Origin: Amoeboaphelidium protococcarum X5
Lineage: Eukaryota; Fungi; Aphelidiomycota
Length of the DNA stretch: 47,799 nucleotides
Assembly: GCA_023515725.1 (NCBI GenBank)
Contig: JALDTO010000223.1
Coordinates: forward strand, 1-47,799
Direction of reading: 5' to 3'
The position numbers and the translations under genes are program-made. The notes under the pieces were generated by a model. It was not told where the DNA came from. It did not search any database and worked only from the letters and a program-made list of their open reading frames with translations. This document shows, piece by piece, positions 29,501 to 41,395 of this stretch; the stretch's first letter is position 1; each line of letters starts with the position of its first letter.

Positions 29501-30377
29501 TAATCTGCATCGTTGAATTCTAAAAATACACAGATTAAGTGTCCCAGCCGCTACTAGTATTATGTCGGGCCACTTCAGAAGTCACAGAACGCTGACCACT
29601 TAAAGGACTCGTAGCATAAGCGACTTCGCTTTAGTTGCTACTAAAATAGAAATTAGTGGAAGATGCGGGAGGTCGATCCCACCTATTCCAACCCAAAGAC
29701 ATGTAATCACTTTTTACGTTGCTTCTACTGACGCATTAATAAGCCATATGATAAGGAGAGCCACACTTGAAGCAAACTCTCAACTTTGGGCATCTGTCAA
29801 CATAATGACCTCTTTAATTGCAGTTGGAACATAGACGAGAACTCAGTTCCGGACAATCTCCATATTCATGACTGCCACGACGCTTGCAGAATTTACAAAA
29901 TAAATTTGATTTATCGCACCCCTTTGCCGGCAATATATCCGTCATTCTATCCACATTCTCATAGTTCTGAGATTAAGACGCAGAGTTGGTAGAAAACAGT
30001 TCTGAGGATTAGATAGAGGATTATGAAAACTTTTTCTTCTTCTTACTCTTGCTCTTCTTCTTCTTCCCTTGACTGGTGACACCATTCTATCCAGCGTCTT
30101 AACCAGAATTCAACATGGACTATCCATTGCCAGTGCTATCATTACTTCCTTGAATTCCTTGAACATTTACAACCTTATCGTCAATATCAGTAAAGAGGAG
30201 AGTAATCAGTGCATTGGACCCCTTCAATTGATCCTTAAAGAACTAGTACGGACTAGAACCAGTCTTGGCAAAGTCCTTGAAGAACTGCCTCAATTGCTGC
30301 AATTCAGTAGAAGAGGCATCATCAATCCTCTTTTTCCCTTTCAAATACGGCATGCAAACATTATCACTTGAAGTCAT
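26508..30377 (-). CDS. Large intronless multi-zinc-finger protein (~1289 aa): 3 N-terminal CCHC knuckles, acidic/low-complexity middle, ~5 C-terminal CCCH+CCHC composite units
   Basis: CSNCNQRGHYVDRC, CFKCGSPYHMAYQC; FCNNFNAGKNCMVSNCPYIHLCNKCKGNHRSHEC; ICPAFNEKKGCILSDWHCDFVHACWKCYSITHSAPSC. Confidence 0.75.
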
Positions 30378-30768
30378 TTGGAATATAGAATTGAATCCCC
30401 AATATACAAACGAATGAATGAATGAGTGAGTAGGTGTAAGTGATAGATGATAATGATAATGGAATGGAATGGTGAGAGTTTTATCAGATCAAAAGAAGAA
30501 GAAGAGCAGAGAAACGACGCGACAAAAAGATTTTGTTTTCAAAAGGGACAGAATTCGTGACGCGTCGCATCGCTATCTAAAACGTGATACTATGTATGGC
30601 TGTCGCTTTAGTACCCAGCTATACTACCAAAGTCACAAGGGATAAAGTGTTGGTATCTAATTGCCCATGACCCCGGACAAGTAATGATGCTAAACTAGCA
30701 AAATTAAGAGCAGCGATACAAAGCGACGAGAATGTGTATGTAAAGAGTAATTTTATTTCAAGCTCAAA

Positions 30769-31904
30769 TCAGTTCATCTGTCTGATCAAGTTGTTGATGA
30801 ACAGCTCGCGGTTACCAGTGTCACCACCCTCGATAAAGTGCAACACCTTCTTCTTGCTCCAGCCACCAGTTGGGTTGGACAGCTTGAATGGCCACAGGAA
30901 GTTGTTCACCTCCTTGAAATGAGGACCGACAGTGTAAATTTCGTGCACCAGATCCTCAACACAGATGATGCCAAGCTTGCCCAGGCTCTTCTCCACAATG
31001 GCGTTATCGGAGAGAGGGATACGCTGCTTGCTCTGTGCATCCTTACCGAAACCACGCTTGTAGATCAGCTCTCTGACGCTCTTCAAGTTTGGAGTACCGT
31101 ATGCAATGTATGGCTCAACGAGCTTCAGCATCTGCATTGTGCAGTTGGTCAATCTGATGAATACACCATTGTTGATCTGACGCAGACGCAACAGCTGCAA
31201 AATCTTTCTAGGCTTTGGAGCAATCTTGTTGATACCCTTGATACGGATGACGAATGCCAACTTTGGCTCAGCAGGCACGTAAAAGTTACCAGCTGCCTTG
31301 GCCTGACGACGCAAACGGATCTCCTCCTTCTCAGCCTGGACATACTCCTTTGCGTACTACTCTGCGCGCTTGAAGATGACTTTACGGTTCTCCTTCTTGG
31401 CCTACACACATGGTTACAATATATATTATCAAGTTAGTACATGTATCGAATACAGAGGTGTTATGACGCGCATTTATATCACTCAAATGTCTAGACATTA
31501 AAAGCTAGACAAGTATAGCAGCACAAATCATGATAGTCAGCCCCGAAAGATGGTATAACTGGTAGCTTCATCGCATTTTACCGCTAGCTTTCCAAATATA
31601 ACGTGTCATCAATCCATCATGAAGAAGTGTTGCTTTACTTTATTTTCTATTATATATAATCTAGCCATTAGATTGATGCCAGTCCACTGGTTTTGATTAT
31701 TGACATAATGCACGATTCCATTCCATTCCATTGTCTGTCTGTTTGTCTGAGTGAATGCAATTGATTACGCGACCCAACACTTCCATATAAATCAAAACTT
31801 ACTTTTCTAGCCTGGACAAGAGCAGCCTAGCGCTCAGCAGCAGTCTTCTATGTCTACTTGCGCTTCTTTAATACGGATTCTGGTACAGTCTTAACGTCAG
31901 TCAT
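30769..31904 (-). CDS. RPL7: 60S ribosomal protein L7 (uL30); intron 31402-31802
   Basis: [10 protein letters not shown] exon 1; [45 protein letters not shown]. Confidence 0.98.
31530..31620 (-). ncRNA. snR39B: Intronic box C/D snoRNA, snR39B/SNORD2-like (guide for the LSU rRNA CCCGAAAGAUGGU region)
   Basis: Minus strand: stem catgatgg, C box ttgatga (31612-31606), guide accatctttcgggg, D box ctga (31540-31537), stem ctatcatg; lies in a 401-nt intron versus ~55-85 nt elsewhere. Confidence 0.85.
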
Positions 31905-32293
31905 ACTAATTTTGGTTTATTTTCTCTTTTCTCCACTGTAAGAATGGTAATTAGACCGGTAAGATTTCTCAATGATTCGCGAGAAAACGTTCTCGTCTCG
32001 GTTAAGGTTTTTGATCTCTCGCCGCGTTGACAATGATGATTTCGTCACTCCAACTGAGAAATAGAGAGAATGAAAGAAAATCTCTCACGCTAAGCAAAGG
32101 CGAGAAAGATGTTGTCGCGATTCAAGGGCGGATCCGCTCGCACTTTCTTAGAAGGACTTCCTAGCGTTTCAATATTATGAGAGCATTTTATACGAATTCT
32201 TTACATGCGTCAGTAAGAAGATAATTGCTTAAAATCAAAGTGTAAAAGAATTTTGAAATTACGTCCAAATTAAACCGCTATTATTACCATCTG

Positions 32294-33691
32294 TCAATTA
32301 TATAAATGTTTCTACTTTTGCGTCATGACTGTGAATAAAGTGAGAACAACATCGTATGACATGTGAGACTCAGAGTCTGCCACACCAGATAGTCGCCTGT
32401 AACCTTTCAATCTATTCCAGACTCCGGTAACACTATGCCATAGTCCAATTCTTTCCCTTTTCGCGTCATGCATCGGAATGAGAGCATCAAGTAGCAATTC
32501 CAGGCGCGTTTCATAATTCATTTGATGTTGGTTCTTGAAGATCTGTGAGGGTACCAAAGGGAGTCCACCAGCAAAGTCAAACTTCTTTCCAATTGATGAT
32601 ACAAATTGGTTCCAAATTTTGAATCTCTATTTCAACGACTCCATAGTGACAGAGTTATCAAATAGCTGTTCGTCTAAGATTAATAACGCGTCTTTAACTT
32701 GCTATCGCACAGTGTCAGAGTAAGGAGCAGGCTTTTGTTCATAGGCACCACTTCTAACCAACAATTTGATCCATCTTGATTTGAACCAATGTGAAATCTT
32801 CTAGTACCACGTACGCTTAGATTAAGTAATATCTAACAGCTGACGGATATCAAAACTATTCTATGCACCTTGCGCGTTAAGTACCTAAGGTTAAGACGTC
32901 TGCAAAATCAAAGAGACTTATTTCTCGAATGCTTTAATCTAATCAAGCATTGTAATGACGCGGTGTATGCCCAGCTCGCGGCAGTACACAAGAGCATTTA
33001 TGCCACTGATACAAATCCTAGTCAACTGATCCCCATTCGGAATAGCTAGCTCACGAGTCGATAACCCAATAAGCTTAGAATACCCCAAGTTTTAAAATAC
33101 ATTCACAATATCACCACCGACTCTGAGCCATTAGTAATCAATTTCGTGAGATACTTGGATGCTGGCAGGCTTAATCTCAAAGGTTGGAGATTTCCATGGC
33201 CCAATCACAATTCTATAACGGTAATCAACATCCAGGGTATAATAGTTACGTTCATGCGTATCTAGTGGAATCAAGTTAATAGGAATCTTCCATTTCACCG
33301 ATACTTTGCGGCCCACAATCTCTTAACGTACGATTTATTGAAGAGTGAGCAGGTGGAATGGGCAAACAATGGTTGTGTGATCATATGTATTAGCAACGCG
33401 TTCAATATACACCTGCAAATGGGATGACGTAGACTGAGGGCCATGACTAGGTAGGAAATCCAGAGATCTTTTACCAATAGTGAGCGGTTTATTATATCTG
33501 ATTCTATTTGACGCGTCATTAGTATCATCAGCATACGGGTTAATATATGAACTGACGACATCAAACTGCAACTCCTGCCCAGCAATATATTCACTGTGCC
33601 TTGATTAAATTGACAGCTAGAAAGTAAAAGCTGACACGCTTTAAGCAATCAACAGAGCAAATATACCAAGTGATACTGAATACTTTTTCAT
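32294..33691 (-). CDS. Secreted hypothetical protein (465 aa)
   Basis: Signal peptide MKKYSVSLGIFALLIAQSVSA; the ORF-track fragments 33571, 33316 and 32557 share one frame. Confidence 0.75.
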
Positions 33692-33913
33692 TTTCTATTT
33701 GCAATATTCAGTAAGATTACGCATAGAAACTCCGCTGAGGTTTTAACAAAAGAGCAAATCTCGCACTTAATCTCCTTTTGAGCCCCTTATAATTCAATTT
33801 AAGGACGTTCATGGACTATGATGTAATAAAGGAACGAGTACAAACTGTAGAGAAAATACTATATATAAATGTAATATCACTTTATAGATATACTAAAAAT
33901 GAATGAATATATA

Positions 33914-36061
33914 TCATTCCAGCTAAAGAGTTACAAATTTGCCAAAAAGGACGCCATTAGACATTGATTCAAGAGCCTTGTTAGCAGAGGCAGCGTCAAA
34001 GAACTCCACCACACCAGATAACACCGTTCTGCCATTGATCACAGTATCCTCGATGTTTACAAATAGAATTTCACCATAGCGGGCAAACAACTTGTACAAA
34101 TGAGCAGATTTGACTTGCGGAGTGACTGGAATGATCCTGACACAGGTGGCATCTTCAGCACTTGGAGCATTCATTGTCACAGTGGCTCGGGTGGCAATGC
34201 TAGATACAACTGAATTTGAACGCATCGTTCCATTGTTATCATTATTATTATTATTCTGATATCCGATTTAAGATGTATGGATGTGTTGTTGATGATGACT
34301 ATGCAATTACTAAGGCTAATCATTCTAACGACCAAAACCAGGAGGATATTGATTCAGACGCTTCACAGACGATGACCGACCTCGTAGGTACTCCTAATCC
34401 GTGTTATTTACAAGAGGAGCGCTATTCAAAGCCATCCCACTCTAATGCCTTTACGCATAGCTATCCACCCGCTAATCACTAAATGATGAAGCATTGTTAT
34501 CCTATGGCACATGACGTGACTAGGTATCAGAAATCTAATCTTCCAGTTCAGAGCCACCCCAACCATCTGCTTCTAATGGAATATCCTCCGCCTCTCCATT
34601 GTCATCATCACCCCAGCCGATATCATCATCTAAAGCAACATCCAAGTCATCTTCTTCTTCCGCCACTCTATAATCTGCGGATGGCTTAAACTTTATTGAT
34701 GCAGAAGATTATCCGCTACTAACACCACTATTACTAGCAGCATTTCCAGTTGAAATGTGAAAATTATCGTTCGGCTTGCTCTGCGAATCCTGAGACTTGA
34801 ACCTGAACTTTGGTGCCTGAGAACTATCACTTTTGTGAACCTTCTTTGGCTTATTACTGTAACCGCCATTGACCAGACTGGATGCAAATGCCCCGGCAGT
34901 TGATGGATAGAAAGAGTTACTTCTAGCCTATGAAGAATTGCCAGTAACTTGATCATGATTGGCAATATCTTTCTGATCCTCTATTGGAAAGTCTTTTTAG
35001 CTATCCTTCTGATCATCCATTGACGGTTAAGATTCGATTTATCCCATCTCCTCTGCACCCCATCCACTGTTCGACATAGACTCTTCATTATCCAAGTTCT
35101 GATCATTTTCCACTTCATTGCCCCATTCTACATCTCCCTTGCCATCTGACCAACCGTCCAACTCCAGTTCTGTTGAATTTCCATCTTTATCCACTCCATC
35201 CTAATCTTCCTGATTATCACCTCCCCAGTCTACATCTTCCGCTGCTTCAAGATCATCCTCTTACTCCATCTACTCCTCCTCAGCTTTAGGCGATGTCTCT
35301 TCATCAACATCCGTACCATCATTCCATGAATCAGCTTAATCTTATCCCCAACCACCAAGAGTATCAGTATTATCTTAATCCTCCGGATCGAGATCGCTTT
35401 AAAAAACGATAGAATTAGCATCGAGGTGGACATCTTCTTCCACCAGATGATCAACGGTATTGAGTGAATCCTAATCAATCGCCGCATTATCACCAGATTA
35501 CAGAGATTCAGCGCCTTCCAGTAGTGATTAATCTGAAGTATTATCAACCACCTCTTCAGCAAATCTAACATCTCCTTGCATCTCTGTAGAATACGATTTT
35601 GTTTTAGCACTAAGAAAATCTGGTGGAGCAGAGAGCCATTCTAGATCAACTTTTAATTATCGAGATCCAGTATCATCTTAATCCTTCTACTACTATTCAG
35701 CATTGGGTGAAAGCTCCGACTACTCATATCTCTCCTCGGCGGCGGACTTGTATCTCAGATCACCACTCCAATTGTCTTCAACCATATTCTCGATTGCCGC
35801 CTACTACTACTAATTCGCCAAAGATGCGCTCTGGGCGCCCAACTACTATTTCTGAGCGCCATTACTAATCAACTTATCGCGTCGAATCTTGGCTTCCAGT
35901 AATACCTCCTTGGTGCCTTTCAATTAGATTCCCAACATCACGGGAGACAGGCCGCGTAACTGCAGATTAATCAGCTCAGTGGCCAACATTGACAATTCTG
36001 ACGGCGAGAGTTCATCCAGAAGAATATTGCCAGACAGCGCCGCTTAGATTCTAGAAGTCAT
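33914..36061 (-). CDS. Acidic/Gln-rich disordered protein with GW/WG motifs, PPGF and a C-terminal RRM (715 aa)
   Basis: GGWG, DWGG, DGWS, EWG, SGWG, IGWG, DGWV; YPPGFG; RRM LYKLFARYGEI..GVVEFFD..ALESMSNG. Confidence 0.75.
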
Positions 36062-36622
36062 TACAATGTCAATTTGATTTGGTTCCTTAATTTCTCCCAG
36101 TTGATTGATGGAGGGAATATGAAGTGCCTTCCTTATTTAACACTGATGGCGATCCGATAGAAAAGTTCGCGCGCGCGGTCAAGTCAAACAGAGAACGATA
36201 ACAACAGCGAGAACTGAAAAGCTAATTGAAGGAAGCGAATAGAGAGAAAGACGGCGAGAGAGAGAGAGAGAGAAGCCAGACGAGACTAAACATGCTTCAA
36301 TAAGTATTTAACTAGCATTATAATCGCGTCTAACTTGTAAAGACTAGACTTTAAAAAATTGGTGTTCAGCGGGAACTGTCGTCAAGTTTTTCTCTCATAC
36401 AGTTGGCTACATTTGAATAACCTAGTGATGTTTCGTAATATTTTATCGAATTTTGGACCGCCTTCTGTAAAGGACTATCGCGCGCAACTAGATATTGTAA
36501 TCTCAAAGTGAAAATATGCCACAGGGTGATCAATTTAGTAAGAGTTTGTTAATCAAAAACAATAAGTTATACAGCACATCACAATTCTGGATGAAGCATT
36601 AATATCTCCAAACAAGAAACTT

Positions 36623-36988
36623 TCATTGTTGAGGGGATGTAGCTTGTGGTGGATGATTCTTCACATGCTCTTCGAACGACGGTGGGAACTAATAATCTGG
36701 CATTTTCTTGTAATCTCTTTACACTTGAGGAGGTGCAGCAGCAACAGCAGCAGCAGGCGAACCAGTAGAGCTTTATTATAAATTAGCTGGTATTCCAGAA
36801 GCGGCTATGTCTGCAGCAGCGTCACTCTTCTTTTATGAACTTTGCTATTACTACTACTTGCTACTATCACTTGAATCAGTCGCAGGGGCTGGATGAACTC
36901 TAGCCTCTTTCAAAGCTTTACTCTTTGCAGGACTTCTAAACATAATTCCTACAACGGCGATACACACTACAGCCAATATCTCAATCAT
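36623..36988 (-). CDS. Small hypothetical protein with N-terminal hydrophobic anchor (121 aa)
   Basis: MIEILAVVCIAVVGIMFR followed by a Q/A/P-rich tail; TGA stop. Confidence 0.6.
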
Positions 36989-37222
36989 CTTGCAATATGA
37001 ATTTTGCTATTTGTCAGAATAATGTAAGAGCGAATACAAAGTGGCAAAGGTAGTTAGATTTTAAACAACATGAAACTTGATCAGAGAACGAACAAAAGTC
37101 AGACAGTTGAAACACTTCTCTCGACTCGGGCGGTGAAACTAAGCAGATAGAGTGAGATGATATCTATTTAATGATATTTATTACTGTATCATTATTATCT
37201 GACAACAAGAATTTATGGCTTG

Positions 37223-39493
37223 TCAGTTTGCAGACGTGTCATCATCACTTGCAAATCCAAAATTTGGCCTGTATTGATCGTAAGGACTTTCTTGTTGCTA
37301 TTAGGACTGAAAATATTGCGACATGCCAGATTTCCGCCGGACAGTACCTAGAGATTGCACGGAGTCTGTACGATTCATATTCTCATTCTTACTACTATTT
37401 CCATTATTCGGATGATGAGCATCACTTTAACTATTACCTTAACCATAGTTCTATTCTGTATTGTCTTATTCATTGTCAAAATCTTTCAATCCGGAGAACA
37501 AGCCTAACTGCGCGGACATTGAAGGCTTCAATTTTGTCTCCTTAAGATCATTGGCCTGATAAATGCCACCCAGTAAAGAGCTCTAATCGTTATGAAATGT
37601 CGAGCCTTTTCGCTTGGTCTATTATTTTACATTTTCATTTGAGCCGCCATCCTGAGATTCCATTTCAAGCTCATCCAAATCTTCCTGACTTCGGCTATAC
37701 TTTATTGGTTAACCAACAAAAATGGGCCTCATAATCTTGTCATCGATCCACTTTAACCATTTTAGATCGCGTTCGTACTTGTAAGTGTCTTCATCGTCAT
37801 CATTGTCATCTCCATAGTCATTACTTTCATAATTGCCATCAATTTCATTATCATTGTTGTCAGGTAAACCATTAGAGGGCCGCCTCATTTACCTTCGATC
37901 GTTCTCAGATATCCATCGAACCACGAAACCAATACTACCACCCAGGATTAATATACTGAGTACGCACACTGCCAGAGTTGTGGTTCTTATCTCCTCAACA
38001 GGAGTTCTATCTTTCATCAGTGTAGAATTGGTGGCAGTTCCATTAACAGTAAGAGGTATCTAAGATGGCTTCATGTCCATACTCAAAGCAAACGCTATAG
38101 CTCCACGAAGACCAGCGAACCATAAAATAATTTAATGCGCCATTGGAATCGCTGCTCTAAGATTGGGCTATTATTACTGTTATCCATTGGTATCGCTGAG
38201 CTGTTGCGGCAAGATAACCGAAGAATTGGATCGATCTGATACTCTACTTCTAAGCCACTTATAAGTCACCATTGCCCACTATAATCCATCTTTAGACGCT
38301 CGATAAATTCCAACTTTCCTAGAACTTCGATAGAAATTAACCAACCATGAGAGTGGAAATACCACAGCTCGGGCAGTCAGTACTCCAATAAAACACAAAA
38401 ATATCTCTGCAGGCTTCCACACCATCACTTAGACATCTCCATTATTGATAAGTCCACCGTCAGCATCATTGCCTTTACTACTTGCATCATTATTACTTTC
38501 AGAATTACCACGGTATGAGGAAGCGAATAAAGTAATTCCTAAATAAATGAATATAAAAGTCTCAGATAACTAACTAGTCAACTAGAACAATGAACCCAGA
38601 GTCCTCTTTGTTCTACGAGAAAGAGTAGGCTGAACATAATGCTTAAGAGTAATGCCACAGAACAGTAGAGAGACAATACCACTCAATTCGAGCGCGTTAG
38701 ACAGAAAGTAGCTGGAATAAGCAATTAATGCAACTATACAAGTCTCCAGAGTGCCATATTACGAGCTGCCAATGCCTTTCAGCACACGACCGATAATGAA
38801 AGCACAAGACAGCGCTACTCCAACACCAAGTAGAAAAGATGTGGCAAACGAATACAGAAAATGAAGCAATGCCTTGCCAATAGACTCGCCAGTTATCGGA
38901 TGACCTCTAAATGATTCTAGTGTCTGGTAGAGGACAATACTAACCGCATCATTAAGAACAGATTCTCCAAAAATCACAGCATACAATGATTTATCCAGCG
39001 ATAGATTCTTTAACATGGCCAGCACCGTGACAGGATCCGTAGATGACAAGATACTTCCATACATGAAACATTCAATGATGGTGAGGTTGAGCGATCCAGT
39101 CATAACCAGCAGATACATGAAATATCCAACGATGAATGCAGATATGAACGTGCCAAGGAAAGCGAACAACATTATGCGCCAAAAGTAGAATAAGAACGAT
39201 GATACTTCCATTTCCCATCCACTTTATAGAATGATGGGAGGCAAGAGTAGATTGAAAAAGTACCTATTATCAAATGCAACGCTCAACTTTCCAACAGATA
39301 TCAGACCGACAATCATCCCAAGAACGAGTCCAACCAGTGTCTCATGCACAACTTTAATGCGAAACTTTTTCAGTACAAATGATGCCACCAGAGTCAGGAT
39401 AAGCAATTGTATGAGCAGAAATACAGACACATTACTCGGATCTGACTCCAACTTTAATGCATCGCTATCACTACCACTATCTGAATTTGTCAT
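37223..39493 (-). CDS. NHX1: Endosomal Na+/H+ exchanger (CPA1; NHX1/NHE6-8 type)
   Basis: FFNLLLPPII, ILSSTDPVTVL, IFGESVLNDAVSIVL, LSGIVSLLFCG, LWFAGLRGAIAFAL. Confidence 0.93.
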
Positions 39494-39941
39494 GATAAGT
39501 GATGAACTTAATATTATACGGTAGATTATGAAAAGATATTTGAATTATGTGCGATAACCGGAAAGGAATGATCAATACATTGAGATCAGTTGAAAAAGCG
39601 GACCCGCTTAGAATAATTTCACACAGAGCAAGTAGGAAGGAGCTGATTGATGGGTGATGATCATCGTCTGAGTCGAGTGTGCGGAGATGGAAAGAGCCGC
39701 GATCGACGCGTGCGTTGAAAATTGTCATTGATCGTCAGGTGGTTAACTGGTACATTTAGAAAAGCTCACCTTATTAGAATTTAGGATTTGGGTATTGAGG
39801 GTTTTTTTGGTGTAAGATATATTCATTGTTTCTTATAGGCGTTATCCTTCAAAAATCACATGTGTCTCCCTCACTGAACACTGCAGTCAATTAAAATCGT
39901 GGCTTGAATTCATCAACATGCAATGAAAAATTAAAATAAGG

Positions 39942-40573
39942 TCTCCTTTATTCAACCAAGCGACTTGGGTATCAACTTCCATGCTCTGAGTTTGTTCATT
40001 ATAAGATAGCAGATCTGCATGCGCATCATTTAATAACTCATCAATGCGAACACTAAAATGCCTCAAAGTCACGGCACAATCTCCAGCTACACAATCACGC
40101 TCCATCTCTCCCACTCTCAATCCACCGTCACGACTTCTACCTTCCAATGGCTACCGAGTCAACACTGATCGCGGACCACGAGAACGAGCATGCATTTTAT
40201 CCATGACCATATGTTTCAACTTCTAGTAGAATATAGGACCAAAGAATATATAAGCTTCCAACGGTTCCCCAGTGATACCACTTGTCAAGTAATCTTTGCC
40301 GCCATAATTGAATCCATGATCCACCAGAATCTTGCCCATATCCTCGATTCTACTTCCACCGAATGCAGTACCATATTACAGCTCACCCTTCAATACACCA
40401 GCTTTACCAGCCAACAGCTCAATCATCTTCCCGACTGTCATTCTAGACGGAAAACCATGCGGGTTCATCACGATGTCAGGCGTAATGCCTTAATCGGAGA
40501 ACGGCAGGTCGGTCATCGGGGTAATCAGTCCGCATACACCCTTCTGACCGTGACGACTGGCGAATTTATCACC
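39942..40573 (-). pseudogene. RPC2: Displaced, truncated fragment of RPC2 ([12 protein letters not shown]...GEMERD + first ~50 aa of the intein)
   Basis: Colinear, indel-free 632-bp match to 45257-45888 (offset 5315); no start, no upstream RPC2 sequence. Confidence 0.95.
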
Positions 40574-41395
40574 GAGTCCTGATGGTCGTAACTTGATAAC
40601 AATATGGCTCAATTAGGCAGCAGGTACCCCTTCGTGACCCCTTGAGCACGATGAGTGGTTGTTTAATTACGGCTGGTCTTTCTGTGGCGTATACTGTACC
40701 TTTAAAGTTTGGCGCGATGGTTCCCGCACATACATCCACCCAACTACCTCCCCAACACTGTGAACAAATATGATGGTTGTGAAATCAAATATTTAAGGCA
40801 AATACAACTTCGATGAAGCGGTGTGTTATTGAGTTGTATACTGGGGTCCTGTCATTGTGCTCTGTATGGAAATTGGACCATTACAGTAGTTCTATTAAAT
40901 GTGCGTAGGTACATCCCAAAATGGTAGAGTTATGAGATAGCTCTAAGTGAATGTCAGTCACTGCGTTAATAGTTCTAATTAGATTAGTTCTGGGTGAATA
41001 GCTTTCCACTGTAGTTAAACTCGCTTAATGATATATTAACGCATACGTACAACTCTTCTTCGGTATGTAAGACTTTGGCAGCAATAAAGAGTTCGTTTAA
41101 CTGGATATGAATTTTGAATAAGGCACATCTAGTTCTGTAGAACTGTTGCTGCGTGTCAATTTGGCATAGTTTTGGTGCAATGAAGATGGAGCTATAATGC
41201 CGCTGTAAGCAAAAAGTAATATTGTACCGCACAGGAAGTCTAACTATTCCACTGAATACTCGAAAATTGGCGTTTTGATATCGTATCAATATTTTGTCTT
41301 AAAAATGCGTAAATAGACTCGATTAGCTTGTTACGTGCATCACTAGTGTAATCTCTATTAGTAGACCGTTTTTCGGAATACACCACAGTGAATGA

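Noticed and set aside
30838-31437. 199-aa + strand ORF (similarly 23335-23754 and 45505-45999)
   Set aside because: Antisense to RPL7, GAPDH and RPC2; explained by codon bias
36255-36272. (GA)n tract; also short (TGGAA)n runs near 30460 and 31720
   Set aside because: Ordinary microsatellites, too short to interpret
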